From a virus (lineage: Duplodnaviria > Caudoviricetes), in IMG/VR virus record IMGVR_UViG_3300032305_002231, positions 1 to 48,386 of that record: DNA of 48,386 nt; one strand, 5' to 3'. Positions 16,795 to 26,251 of the stretch are shown here, piece by piece; positions within the stretch are counted from its first letter, which is position 1; each line of letters begins with the position of its first letter. Under the pieces are notes generated by a model. It worked only from the letters and a program-made list of their open reading frames with translations. It was not told where the DNA came from and did not search any database. The translations under genes were made by a program, and so were the position numbers.

Positions 16795-18203
16795 TATTTT
16801 TTTGGTCTTGGAACATAAGGTGCCAATTCAGGACCATACATTTTTAAAATAGTTTCTTCATATCTTTTTTCTTTATCACTCTGTAAATCTTTTTTGATTT
16901 GTGATCCTGTTCTTCTTTTTCTGTTAGGATCACGACCATATGGTGTTGTTCTGACAACATAAGCACCAGATGCAGGATTATCAGAATCGTTATCAGGATA
17001 TTTTGTAAAGGTATAATAACCTTTATTTGTTCTTGATTCTTTCAATTTTTTTGGTACTCTTATCATTGCAACTTTTGATGGTCTTGCATCATAGTCCAAA
17101 ATATCTGGATCATAATCTTCTGGATCATCTGTTCTCATTGGTGGATATTTTTTTGCAACAACTATATCATGTGGACCAACCACTCTTCTTTTATATTGAG
17201 GCCATTTTGATCCATATAACTTATGAACTGCTGTTTTTGAATATGGTTTATCGTAATCATCAAAACCTTCTGCATCTTTTGGATGATGCCCCTGAACTCT
17301 TAATCCTTTTTTAGTATCCATAGGAGAACTGTTTCTATATTCTCTATTATACCACAAATCCTTTTTGTTTTCATTCAAATTATGTCTGAGATATTCAATA
17401 GGTTTGAATCTATTATAAGGACTATTTGTTGAACTTTCACCACTGTCTCTTTTAACTATTATTCTGTGTTCATCTGGATTATATTCTGTTTCAAATGCTA
17501 CACGATTATTTGTTTGTAAATGTTTCCATTCTGATACATATCTTTCGCCATGATATTCATGTTGACTAAACAAATGCACATAACCTTTTCTTTTTAAAAA
17601 TTTATGAACTTTATCAAAATGTTGCATATGTCTTTCTTTTACACGATAATCATCTTCTTCATTTTCAACTTCTTCACTCAAATATTCATTAACATCTTCA
17701 CGTATTGTTTCGTTTTGATGATGTGCTTTATGCCATCTTTCCAACACTTTATTCATATCTTCTGCAGAATTGACCATTTCATGTGTTTCGCCCATATCAC
17801 CCTTATAATGAATATGAATTCTGTGTCCTTTATAACCGCTAGACCTATTACCACCATACATTAAAGAAGAGGCATCTTTACGTGTTTTTGATGAATATTC
17901 TATTTCACGACCAGATGCTGGATAAACATTAACGTAACCAGTTACTGGTCTTGCTTGTTTATCAACATAATGCTTACCGTTTAACATGGTATGGGATTTT
18001 TCTTTTGGTGAATGACCAATGTAAGAAAGTTTTCCTTGATCACCATTATCTTCTGATTTACTATATCCATGTTTTTTCAAAAAATGTTCAAAAGTGTTGT
18101 AAATATGTGCTTCTTCACTTTTACTAACAGGATCATATTTACCTTCACTCAGTTCCAGAACATTCCAAAATCTTTTCTTAATGTTTGATTTAAATCTATA
18201 CAT
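16791..18203 (-). CDS. putative capsid-internal polyprotein (470 aa)
   Basis: His/Lys-rich; LSE, IRE, VNE, LSE, LNE, LKE motifs; two similar (H)xFLKxxGY segments; directly follows gp25. Confidence 0.55.
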   Translation of the reverse strand: MYRFKSNIKKRFWNVLELSEGKYDPVSKSEEAHIYNTFEHFLKKHGYSKSEDNGDQGKLSYIGHSPKEKSHTMLNGKHYVDKQARPVTGYVNVYPASGREIEYSSKTRKDASSLMYGGNRSSGYKGHRIHIHYKGDMGETHEMVNSAEDMNKVLERWHKAHHQNETIREDVNEYLSEEVENEEDDYRVKERHMQHFDKVHKFLKRKGYVHLFSQHEYHGERYVSEWKHLQTNNRVAFETEYNPDEHRIIVKRDSGESSTNSPYNRFKPIEYLRHNLNENKKDLWYNREYRNSSPMDTKKGLRVQGHHPKDAEGFDDYDKPYSKTAVHKLYGSKWPQYKRRVVGPHDIVVAKKYPPMRTDDPEDYDPDILDYDARPSKVAMIRVPKKLKESRTNKGYYTFTKYPDNDSDNPASGAYVVRTTPYGRDPNRKRRTGSQIKKDLQSDKEKRYEETILKMYGPELAPYVPRPKKY

Positions 18204-18205
18204 TT

Positions 18206-18625
18206 TTACCTTGCTCTATCAATTGAAATTTGTAAAAATTGGGTGTCTGGAATATTTAGTATTTCAAAAATAAGGTTTACTGTGACTGCATTTTGATCCT
18301 GATGCCCCAAAACCTCTATCTCTCTTACAACAACTCTTGGTTCATAGTTTTCTATGGTGCTTTTGATTGCATCCTTAATAGCAATCAAGGCTTCTGAAGT
18401 CATGTTTTCAAATAGAAGTGCTCTTATCCCTGCACCAATGTTTGGCCTAAACAATCTTTCATACTTATCTGTCATGACAAGGTTTTTAATTGACCTTTTA
18501 ACAGCATTTACATTGGTAAACGTGAAAATCTGCTTGGTATCAGGATGAATGTCCAAGTTCATTGTGAAATCTGAATATCTTGGTTTTTCATTCTTTTTTA
18601 CAGGAAACTGTGATCTAGGAGCCAT
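18206..18625 (-). CDS. gp25: baseplate wedge/sheath initiator gp25
   Basis: YSDF..AVKRSIKNLV.T..ERLFRP.IG..LLFE..IENYEPRV; AATAAATA upstream at 18652-18659. Confidence 0.95.
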   Translation of the reverse strand: MAPRSQFPVKKNEKPRYSDFTMNLDIHPDTKQIFTFTNVNAVKRSIKNLVMTDKYERLFRPNIGAGIRALLFENMTSEALIAIKDAIKSTIENYEPRVVVREIEVLGHQDQNAVTVNLIFEILNIPDTQFLQISIDRAR

Positions 18626-18715
18626 TTTTGACCTTTTTAAACAATATTATCTATTTATTAGACACTTGACTAATGAAGGATTTATGATAAATTATAAAAA
18701 ACAGGAGGATTAACA

Positions 18716-19027
18716 ATGGACTCATACACTCAAAAACGTTATGAAAAAGATATTGCTTATACTTTAAAAAGTAAATTTGACAATTATGATGAAATTGTTG
18801 AAGCAGTTTCTGATTTTATTTCATCTGCTTTTGATGATGGATATGATGAAGGTAACGAGAATGGTTATGAAGAAGGTTATGATGAAGGAGCATCTTCCAA
18901 GAAACATGCAACAGAATTGACTGAAAAACAAGAGAATTACATTTTCAGGGAACTTGATAATATTGTTGTAGATACAGACTTGACATTCAAGATCATGGAT
19001 ATTATAAAGGAAGGACTGCAAAAGTGA
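18716..19027 (+). CDS. acidic hypothetical protein with GY(D/E)EG repeats
   Basis: AGGAGG RBS; TTGACT-N16-TAAATT upstream. Confidence 0.65.
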   Translation: MDSYTQKRYEKDIAYTLKSKFDNYDEIVEAVSDFISSAFDDGYDEGNENGYEEGYDEGASSKKHATELTEKQENYIFRELDNIVVDTDLTFKIMDIIKEGLQK

Positions 19028-19183
19028 AATATGAAGACACACTGAATATTGAAGATAAACCCATTCAAATAACCACAATGAATATGATAACCATTATGGT
19101 TTTAGGGTTTTTTCCTTGGGTTATTGGTATGTTCACTATTTTTGATTATTTTTTTAGATGGAATACTTGAAAGGAGTAACAGA

Positions 19184-19621
19184 ATGAATAAAGAACGTAT
19201 GGATGAACTGTTTCTTAAAGCTTGTAAAGGTATTATTAAGCAGGGAAAACAGTCAACAAATGGTAATGGAACTTGTATGTACAGAGGTGAAGGTAAACTG
19301 AAGTGTGCTATTGGACACATGATTCCTGATAAAATGTACACAAATGACATGGAATTTAATAATTTTTCAAAGCTTTGTAACGCTGATTATTTTTGGGTAA
19401 ATGATGATTTTGCCAAGCATTTTGGTTATGATTCTCAAAAAGAAATGGAAAAATATGTATACAAAAATGCAAGTAGTGGACATGTTTTTGGTGCTCTTCA
19501 AAACATTCATGATGAAATTCCTTGTGATGAAAATTATGTAAAAGAGTTTAAACGTAATGCAGCAGCACTTGCACGTAGATTTAGGCTTAAAGAATCTGCT
19601 GAGTATCTTAAGAGCGTATAA
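19184..19621 (+). CDS. conserved phage hypothetical protein; paralog of 5216..5650
   Basis: QGKQS...CMYRG...KCAIGHMIP...LQNIHD; AAGGAG RBS before ATG 19184. Confidence 0.75.
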   Translation: MNKERMDELFLKACKGIIKQGKQSTNGNGTCMYRGEGKLKCAIGHMIPDKMYTNDMEFNNFSKLCNADYFWVNDDFAKHFGYDSQKEMEKYVYKNASSGHVFGALQNIHDEIPCDENYVKEFKRNAAALARRFRLKESAEYLKSV

Positions 19622-19624
19622 ATA
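19617..19624 (+). promoter_or_regulatory. T4-type late promoter
   Basis: TATAAATA about 25 nt upstream of the GIY-YIG gene. Confidence 0.65.
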
Positions 19625-19648
19625 TGTGGTCTTGAACAGAGGTGGTTA

Positions 19649-20275
19649 GTGGATAAAAAAACGGTTTTTGTTTATTGTTGGACTGATATGAAAACTGATA
19701 TGATATATGTTGGTAGACATAGAGGTACTTTTGATGATGGATATGTTACTAGTTCAAAACATTTCAATAAAGAATATAAACAAAGACCGTTTGATTTTTC
19801 AAGGCAAATTATTGCTGAAGGAACATGGGACGATATTCTAATATTAGAAAGAAAAATATTAGAAACCGTTAATGCTGCAGCAAATACAATTTATTACAAC
19901 AAACATAATGCTGGATGGAATTTTTATAGTAGAGGTGCAGTAACAGAAGAACATAGAAAAAAACTTTCTATTGCGAACAAAGGAAAAACAAGCAATAGAA
20001 AAGGAATAATTGTTTCAGAAGAAACAAAAAAAAGAATAAGTCTTGCTAAAAAAGGTAAACAGGTTCCTTGGAACAAAGGCATAAAAACTGGAATAACTAA
20101 ACATATCAAAAGATTGACGTGGGTAATAATTACACCTGATAAAAAAGTAATAATAACAAAAAATATTAAAGAATTTGCTTTTGATAACAATTTAACGTAT
20201 AGTGCCATATCACAATCCAAAAAATATAAAAATGGCTGTAAAGGATATTTTGCAGGAGCCATTCGTGAAAATTAA
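19649..20275 (+). CDS. GIY-YIG (Seg-like) homing endonuclease with NUMOD3
   Basis: FVYCWTD...IYVG.H.G..DDGY.TSS, YYNKHN, TEEHRKKLS, PWNKG. Confidence 0.8.
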   Translation: MDKKTVFVYCWTDMKTDMIYVGRHRGTFDDGYVTSSKHFNKEYKQRPFDFSRQIIAEGTWDDILILERKILETVNAAANTIYYNKHNAGWNFYSRGAVTEEHRKKLSIANKGKTSNRKGIIVSEETKKRISLAKKGKQVPWNKGIKTGITKHIKRLTWVIITPDKKVIITKNIKEFAFDNNLTYSAISQSKKYKNGCKGYFAGAIREN

Positions 20276-20786
20276 ATTGGGAGTAGAAGACTATCATAAA
20301 ATGCAAATAACAAATTATTCTTGTGGTGCTGCATGTGCTGCTATAATAATGCGTTTTTATGGATATGTTGGTAACGAAAAAAAACTAATAAAAAGATTAA
20401 ATGCTGACCCTAAATCCGGTATTGAACCAGAAACAATTGTTAAATTTTTTAGAGACAAAAAATTTAAATTAAAACAAATTTATGAAGCAGATTTAGAAGA
20501 TGTTCAAAAATATATTGATAATGGGTGGGTTATTATAGTAGCATATCAAGATCATGCATTCAAACCAACAGAAATAGACTATGCTTCATCTTTAGATAAC
20601 GGACATTACGCTATAATAAACGGTTATGATAACGATAAAATTTGGTTTGTTGACCCTTCCTCAAAAAAACCAAACAAATCTTTAAGAAAAGAAGATTTTC
20701 TACAAAGATGGAGAGATATAACAACAGATTTTAAAATCTATCATAGATGGATGTGTGCCATTGGTCCCAGAAGAAAAAAAACATGA
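20202..20786 (+). CDS. C39-family cysteine peptidase-like protein (probable start GTG near 20265)
   Basis: Q..NYSCGAAC, GHYAII.GYD, VDP catalytic pattern. Confidence 0.8.
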   Translation: MPYHNPKNIKMAVKDILQEPFVKIKLGVEDYHKMQITNYSCGAACAAIIMRFYGYVGNEKKLIKRLNADPKSGIEPETIVKFFRDKKFKLKQIYEADLEDVQKYIDNGWVIIVAYQDHAFKPTEIDYASSLDNGHYAIINGYDNDKIWFVDPSSKKPNKSLRKEDFLQRWRDITTDFKIYHRWMCAIGPRRKKT

Positions 20787-21019
20787 TAGAGCAATTTTTA
20801 ATGGTTTTTTTCATTTACATTATCATAGATATAGCTTATGCTCTCTACACTAAATCAGTGGCTGAAGATAAGGTTTTATCTGCATCTCTGTGGGCAGCTA
20901 TAATACCTGTCTTGACTGCCTATCTGGTTTTACAATATATTGATAATGCTTCTCTGTTTATTCCAATGATGCTTGGTGCTTTTGTTGGAACTTACATAGC
21001 CTTAAAGTGGTTTAGATAG
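20747..21019 (+). CDS. small membrane protein (probable start MIEQF)
   Basis: Three hydrophobic segments ending GAFVGTY. Confidence 0.65.
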   Translation: MDVCHWSQKKKNMIEQFLMVFFIYIIIDIAYALYTKSVAEDKVLSASLWAAIIPVLTAYLVLQYIDNASLFIPMMLGAFVGTYIALKWFR

Positions 21020-21030
21020 GAGATTTTATT

Positions 21031-21300
21031 ATGAGAGAGAACATGACATATAAGTTTGCTGTAACGGATGTTGAACTTGCCAGTATTGATTGGAATGATG
21101 AAAACTGTGTCCTTTATACAACAGAATATGAACCAGATGATGCAGCACATACTTTTTTTGAAGAATTTGGTGACAAAAATATACACCATAACAGGATTTA
21201 TTACGTTAAGAACCTTGACAAGAATGAAGTTTACAAGATTACAATCAAAGCAGAAAAGTCTGTTGTTTGGTTGACAGATAAAATAATCAAGCTGGAATAG
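21031..21300 (+). CDS. hypothetical protein
   Basis: 89 aa, AGGAG RBS; weak similarity to 22118..22414. Confidence 0.6.
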   Translation: MRENMTYKFAVTDVELASIDWNDENCVLYTTEYEPDDAAHTFFEEFGDKNIHHNRIYYVKNLDKNEVYKITIKAEKSVVWLTDKIIKLE

Positions 21301-21301
21301 C

Positions 21302-21329
21302 TTGACAAAGGAATAAAATAGGATATACT
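21302..21329 (+). promoter_or_regulatory. sigma70-type early promoter
   Basis: TTGACA-N16-TATACT. Confidence 0.7.
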
Positions 21330-21360
21330 TAAAATGTCAAAAAGGAAAGGAACTTCTAAA

Positions 21361-21474
21361 ATGACTGCCAAGAAAAACCCTATTGCCAAAGCTGTTACAC
21401 GTATCATGCCTAAGATTGTTCGTTCAAGAAAGGCATACACACGTAAAGCCAAACACAAAAACAAAGAGGATTGA
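21361..21474 (+). CDS. 37 aa basic micro-protein, ArfA-like; not in ORF track
   Basis: MTAKKNPIAKAVTRIMPKIVRSRKAYTRKAKHKNKED; own promoter and AAGGA RBS. Confidence 0.6.
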   Translation: MTAKKNPIAKAVTRIMPKIVRSRKAYTRKAKHKNKED

Positions 21475-21478
21475 TATT

Positions 21479-21655
21479 ATGGAATTATTTCTACAAGTGT
21501 ATGCTACAGTATATCTGTGCATAGCTTATGCTGTTCTTATTTTCACCTTTACTCTGTGGAGTGAAGGACATATTTCTTTTAGAAACGTGTTTCTTTATGC
21601 AGCAGGTTGGCCTCTTTATATTGTATGGGCATATCTAAACAGGAGAGTGTATTGA
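21479..21655 (+). CDS. small membrane protein
   Basis: GAGGA RBS then MELFLQ...; two hydrophobic segments, WP motif. Confidence 0.55.
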   Translation: MELFLQVYATVYLCIAYAVLIFTFTLWSEGHISFRNVFLYAAGWPLYIVWAYLNRRVY

Positions 21656-21758
21656 TAGCTTTATATATTGACTTCTTTGTATCAATCATGGCATTCTCTT
21701 TTTGGAGTACATTTGTTTGTATTTTGTGGTGGAAGATTATTGAGAAGGAATTTTTTAA

Positions 21759-22055
21759 ATGAGTGATCAATTCAGTCAAGATTTTGAATTGTTTTGGATA
21801 TTTTATTTTATAATGGAATTTTTTATTATGTTTATAACTATATTGTTTTATGATCCACATTCAAGAGTAGATGTTGACACTAAAACATATTTAAGATGGT
21901 TTATTGCTTGGCCTGTTCTGGTTCCTTTGTGGACTTTATTTTGGACTTTTGTTTTGTTTGAATGGCTTTTGTCTGAAAAAGAACCATTTGAATCAAGATT
22001 ATTTTTTCTTCTAGAAGATAAACCTACCCAACAAAAACAGAAGAAGAACCAGTAG
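21759..22055 (+). CDS. small membrane protein
   Basis: Two hydrophobic segments, AWP motif, AAGGA RBS. Confidence 0.55.
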   Translation: MSDQFSQDFELFWIFYFIMEFFIMFITILFYDPHSRVDVDTKTYLRWFIAWPVLVPLWTLFWTFVLFEWLLSEKEPFESRLFFLLEDKPTQQKQKKNQ

Positions 22056-22117
22056 TTTCATATAAACATATTGTCCGTTATTATTGTAATGTGGTTGATT
22101 TCAAAGGATATTAAATA

Positions 22118-22414
22118 ATGTCAACATTTCTCTGTCTTACACCAAACAAATTCTTTGGAATGGACTTTCTTTCAAATCCAAAAAATCAATGGGAGGATGC
22201 TACACCAATTAATGTCAATGGTAATTGGAAAAACACACATGCCTTTCAAATACAAAAGGCAGCTAAAAGATTTATTGAACAATGTAATGATTTTGATTAT
22301 GAAGAAGGCGATATCATTGAGGTGTATGTGAAAGCGCCTGATGATACTGTTTTTAAAGTCAAATGTACTGCAATAGCAACAATTGATTTTATAAGTGTGT
22401 TGGAGAGAATTTAA
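22118..22414 (+). CDS. hypothetical protein
   Basis: 98 aa, AAGGA RBS. Confidence 0.6.
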   Translation: MSTFLCLTPNKFFGMDFLSNPKNQWEDATPINVNGNWKNTHAFQIQKAAKRFIEQCNDFDYEEGDIIEVYVKAPDDTVFKVKCTAIATIDFISVLERI

Positions 22415-22681
22415 TTAATCTCCAACAAACACTGAACTTGATCCAGTTGTGGCGTGTAGGCAATTTGCTCTATCACCAGCCCTACTTATGGCAATACCTT
22501 CAGCAAACACTGTAGAAGATGCTTCTGCCATTGTAGGATTTGCATGTGGTCCAATACCATGAGGTTCTATTTGAGCACCTAGACATGTTACATTAAAACC
22601 ATCAGCATAAACTGTTGGGGCTTTAGCTTCTGTAACTAAACCCCCAACTATATCGTAATTCACTCTGGAAATACCGGGCAT
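22415..22681 (-). CDS. gp5.4: PAAR-domain spike tip protein gp5.4
   Basis: PH...PH, SSTVFAEG.A.SRAGD..C.H...GSSSVFVGD. Confidence 0.9.
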   Translation of the reverse strand: MPGISRVNYDIVGGLVTEAKAPTVYADGFNVTCLGAQIEPHGIGPHANPTMAEASSTVFAEGIAISRAGDRANCLHATTGSSSVFVGD

Positions 22682-22695
22682 TATTTTTCAAGTCT

Positions 22696-24648
22696 TTATA
22701 ATGATGAAAATCTTCTTCTTTGGCGGTTAATTCTATCTAAATTATGAGATGCCTGATTGGCCTTTGTATTATGAACTATTTCATTATATTTAGAACTTTC
22801 ATAATTTTCATTATGTTTATTCCAATCTTCTCTATTAGTAGCTTTATCTCTTTGAGATTTATGGAATTTGGCATCAGTATTATGTTTAGTGGCTAATGCT
22901 CTATTTGTTTGGTAATTGTTTGATTGAACTTCATAATTGTCACTATCTTCATCATATCCTTCAGTCAACCAATGATCATCAATCATTAAATCTTTACCAG
23001 TTTTGTTTTTATAAGCTTTAATATGATGATCCCTCAATTCAAAATCACCCTCTTCATCAGCCATTTTTGCAATACGGACATGATCATCAAGAGATACTTC
23101 TGACCTTCTTTCAGTCAATCCCTGATAACCTTTAGCTGTTCTAGTCAACTTACCCATAAACTGTTCCATATCTGCAGGAGAAGCATTAGAAATTGATGAA
23201 CCTGACATGTTGTGGGTAGCACTAATAATCTTGGTTCCACCTGTACCAGTTCTTCCTAGAGCAAAGTCAATCTTATGATCTGGATTTTCTTTGTGTTGAA
23301 ATGTACCTATAAGTGTTCCTGTTGATTTAAAAGGAACTGCTTTTGCACCAGTTAACCATTGTGTTTTTTGTCCAAGTCTTGTTAGATTTTGACCACCAAT
23401 TCTTCTACCATGTGAGCCTTTAATATGCAAATCCCATTTGTTTGAACCTGCTTCTCTAAACCTGTTTAAAGTGTGTGCAAAGGCTGCTTCAGTCTCATGT
23501 GAATCAGTGTCATATGTACCAAAAGAATCTGGTTCATGAGTCTTTAAAGCATCTTTAATTCTGTCTGTGAAACCTTCTTCAATACCAAGATTGTTGTAAG
23601 AATTCTGTTTTGAAATGAACTTAGAATAACCTGACATTAGATTGTCTGGAAAAACTCTTTTAGTGTTTTCAACAAGATTGTAGGATTCTTTAATATTTTT
23701 TCTAGAAAAATCTAAAGTTTCACCAGTAACTTGTTTATATTTTTCATGATTTCTATTTCTTAATATTTTTCGTTTTTCTGCTTCATATGTGTTGCCTGAA
23801 GACTGTGCTTTTAACATTTTACTATGATTATCTTGTGCTGAAGTTGCATATAAATGTGCAGCAGAATCCATAATTCCAAATCTTCCTTCATTCAAGGATT
23901 CAGCTAATCCTCTGTAATGTAGAATTGTTGATGCATCATTTATTTGGTCAAGATATTTGGCTTCTTTTTCTGTATTACCCATGCCTCTCATATTTTTTGC
24001 TGCTTCTCCTGCATCTTTAATAATATAACGCAGTTCTGCATCTGATTTTTGATGGTATGGATGACCTTCAAGTGGCATTCTGGCCTCACCAAGCCAACTT
24101 CTTTTCTTTGGCATAATTATATTTTTTTTGCCATTATGATGAACTTCTACAGAATGATTAGGATTATCATCAGCTATTTTCTGAAGTCTTGAATGCATAT
24201 CCATCCAAGAAGAATAATTCTCGTTTCCATGTTTGTCAATAACATCTCCTACATGAGAATCTGCAACAACAACTCCTGTTTTTTTATCTCTAAGAGTTAC
24301 TCTAAAAGCTTCTGTGATGTTTGTCATGTTTGTCTCTCTAAGCCATCTGTTTTTGGGTGTATTGAATTTGGGAAAATCTGAAGGAAGTTCATCTTTAATA
24401 TAATCTGAATAAAACCAATGGATATGTTTAGCTAATGATTTTGGGGTTTCTCCAAGACCAATACCACCACCATGATAATTGTCCATATGTTTAAAAGGAA
24501 CAAAATGTCTTCTAGAAGCTTGAGTCAAAACATGATTAAAATGTTCATCTGTCCAACCATATTTTGTTCTTAGAACATCATCAACCTGATGTTGTGGATG
24601 TATATATTTTTTTGATTTACCACCAAAAATTTCGTTTATGTTTGCCAT
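22696..24648 (-). CDS. putative capsid-internal polyprotein (650 aa) between gp5 and gp5.4
   Basis: INE, LRE, ITE, LGE, LAE, LNE, IKE, LVE, IEE, LTE, LTE motifs delimiting His-rich modules. Confidence 0.6.
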   Translation of the reverse strand: MANINEIFGGKSKKYIHPQHQVDDVLRTKYGWTDEHFNHVLTQASRRHFVPFKHMDNYHGGGIGLGETPKSLAKHIHWFYSDYIKDELPSDFPKFNTPKNRWLRETNMTNITEAFRVTLRDKKTGVVVADSHVGDVIDKHGNENYSSWMDMHSRLQKIADDNPNHSVEVHHNGKKNIIMPKKRSWLGEARMPLEGHPYHQKSDAELRYIIKDAGEAAKNMRGMGNTEKEAKYLDQINDASTILHYRGLAESLNEGRFGIMDSAAHLYATSAQDNHSKMLKAQSSGNTYEAEKRKILRNRNHEKYKQVTGETLDFSRKNIKESYNLVENTKRVFPDNLMSGYSKFISKQNSYNNLGIEEGFTDRIKDALKTHEPDSFGTYDTDSHETEAAFAHTLNRFREAGSNKWDLHIKGSHGRRIGGQNLTRLGQKTQWLTGAKAVPFKSTGTLIGTFQHKENPDHKIDFALGRTGTGGTKIISATHNMSGSSISNASPADMEQFMGKLTRTAKGYQGLTERRSEVSLDDHVRIAKMADEEGDFELRDHHIKAYKNKTGKDLMIDDHWLTEGYDEDSDNYEVQSNNYQTNRALATKHNTDAKFHKSQRDKATNREDWNKHNENYESSKYNEIVHNTKANQASHNLDRINRQRRRFSSL

Positions 24649-24659
24649 AGCTTCTTCTC

Positions 24660-25547
24660 TTAATTTAAATCAATTCTAGATGCTGATAGTTTGATTTTAT
24701 CTGCTGCTTCTATATTTATAGAACTTTCACTTTTTATAGTAATATCTCCATCTGACTCAACAGTAGTGGACCCCATAGTATAAACATAAGTGTTTCCTGC
24801 AACAGCATTTATAGTCAAATCTCCACCAATATTGGCAGTCAAAGTACCAACAACTTCAATTGCTGCATTACCTCCAACAGCAATACCTGCAGAACCCACA
24901 ACAACTATTGTGAGGTTTCCACCACAATGAAGAATACCATCACCAACAGTAATGATATAAGAATCATCTACTGCTTTTATAACCAATCTTCCATCTTGAT
25001 TTATCTCAACATAAGTCCCCTTCTTGTGCCATGCAAGAAGTCTTTCTGCACCGGGAGAATCATCAACTTCCAAAATATGCCCTTTACCACCTTCTGATTC
25101 TGTGGTAAGAACTTTATTGTATGGATACTTGGCTTTAAAAGCCATATTTGGCTCAACATCTTCTACATATTCATTTTTAAGATTGTCAATACCTCTTGCT
25201 CTTTGGGCAACATCATGAGCATCTTTATCATCAACTCTTGGAATACCAGCAAAAGTACCAAGGATGATTGGAATTTGGCCTTCTTCATCATCAGCAAAGA
25301 AACCCATGACTGTTGAACCAACAACAATACCTGTTGGTGATACACCAATTTCACCAAAAGCTGCAGAAGAAACTGGTTGAACAGGAGTTGCCCAAGGTAA
25401 CATGTCTGTTGGCAGTTTTGCTTTATCTTCTGTATGGAGATTAAAACATCTTATACGAAATCTTCCTAGCTGTAAAGGATCATCTCTATCCTCTACTCTA
25501 GCAAAAAACCAATTGAAGTTTTTTTTACCTGCTTGTTTTACTGTCAT
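24660..25547 (-). CDS. gp5: baseplate central spike gp5 (OB-fold + beta-helix, no lysozyme domain)
   Basis: WF.ARVEDRDDPLQLGR.R.RC, LPWA, V.GFFAD...Q.P.ILG, YPYNKV..TE..GH..EVDD.PG.ER, V.G repeats. Confidence 0.92.
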   Translation of the reverse strand: MTVKQAGKKNFNWFFARVEDRDDPLQLGRFRIRCFNLHTEDKAKLPTDMLPWATPVQPVSSAAFGEIGVSPTGIVVGSTVMGFFADDEEGQIPIILGTFAGIPRVDDKDAHDVAQRARGIDNLKNEYVEDVEPNMAFKAKYPYNKVLTTESEGGKGHILEVDDSPGAERLLAWHKKGTYVEINQDGRLVIKAVDDSYIITVGDGILHCGGNLTIVVVGSAGIAVGGNAAIEVVGTLTANIGGDLTINAVAGNTYVYTMGSTTVESDGDITIKSESSINIEAADKIKLSASRIDLN

Positions 25548-26251
25548 TATTTAAAATCTAACCCACTACCTTTTGATATTTTGAAACCATGTTTGTGTAA
25601 ATCTCTTGCATGTACAGGGAAATAGTATTCTCTGAAAGTTTGACCTTCACCTGTTTTTCTTTTTTCTTTATCAGCATTAAATTTTGGAAGTCCAAATTTT
25701 GGTTTGTTTATATCTCTTATAACCCAATTGTTATTATCATGTTTTGCTGCAGCATAAGCTGCTTCTTTACTCATCCATCTCCATGCCTGTGGAATTCTTT
25801 TTTTGCCTGTTCTTATATCATGATGAATTACAAACCAATTTCCTGACCAATGACCATCTCCGGGAAAAGATTGTGGACCTTTGCTTCCATCACTCAATTC
25901 ATGTAAGTTTAATTGTGTTAAAGATGTTTCTCTACCTTGATGGAAATATCTGTTTTGACCTACATGTTGATATCCAGAACCACCATTTCTAAAATGAACC
26001 AATTGATGATGCATAACTTTAAAAATATGATTTGGATTTTTAGCGGAATGTTGTTGTGCAAGATGAAGCCAATGAAAAGGATCACCATAACCTTCTTGTA
26101 CTTTAGTTTCGCTATAATTTCTATCAATGGCAGTTATTCTATGAAAGAATGGGTGTCCATGACCACCACCACCTTTTCTATCATTATAAAGTTCATCAAG
26201 AGTTTCTTCTGATTTAGACATTTCTTCCAAAATTTTTGAAAACAACTTCAT
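25547..26251 (-). CDS. putative internal head protein with a capsid-targeting-like N-terminus
   Basis: ATG 26251 overlaps the upstream TGA; begins MKLFSKILEE; further LDE, LHE motifs; His-rich. Confidence 0.55.
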   Translation of the reverse strand: MKLFSKILEEMSKSEETLDELYNDRKGGGGHGHPFFHRITAIDRNYSETKVQEGYGDPFHWLHLAQQHSAKNPNHIFKVMHHQLVHFRNGGSGYQHVGQNRYFHQGRETSLTQLNLHELSDGSKGPQSFPGDGHWSGNWFVIHHDIRTGKKRIPQAWRWMSKEAAYAAAKHDNNNWVIRDINKPKFGLPKFNADKEKRKTGEGQTFREYYFPVHARDLHKHGFKISKGSGLDFK

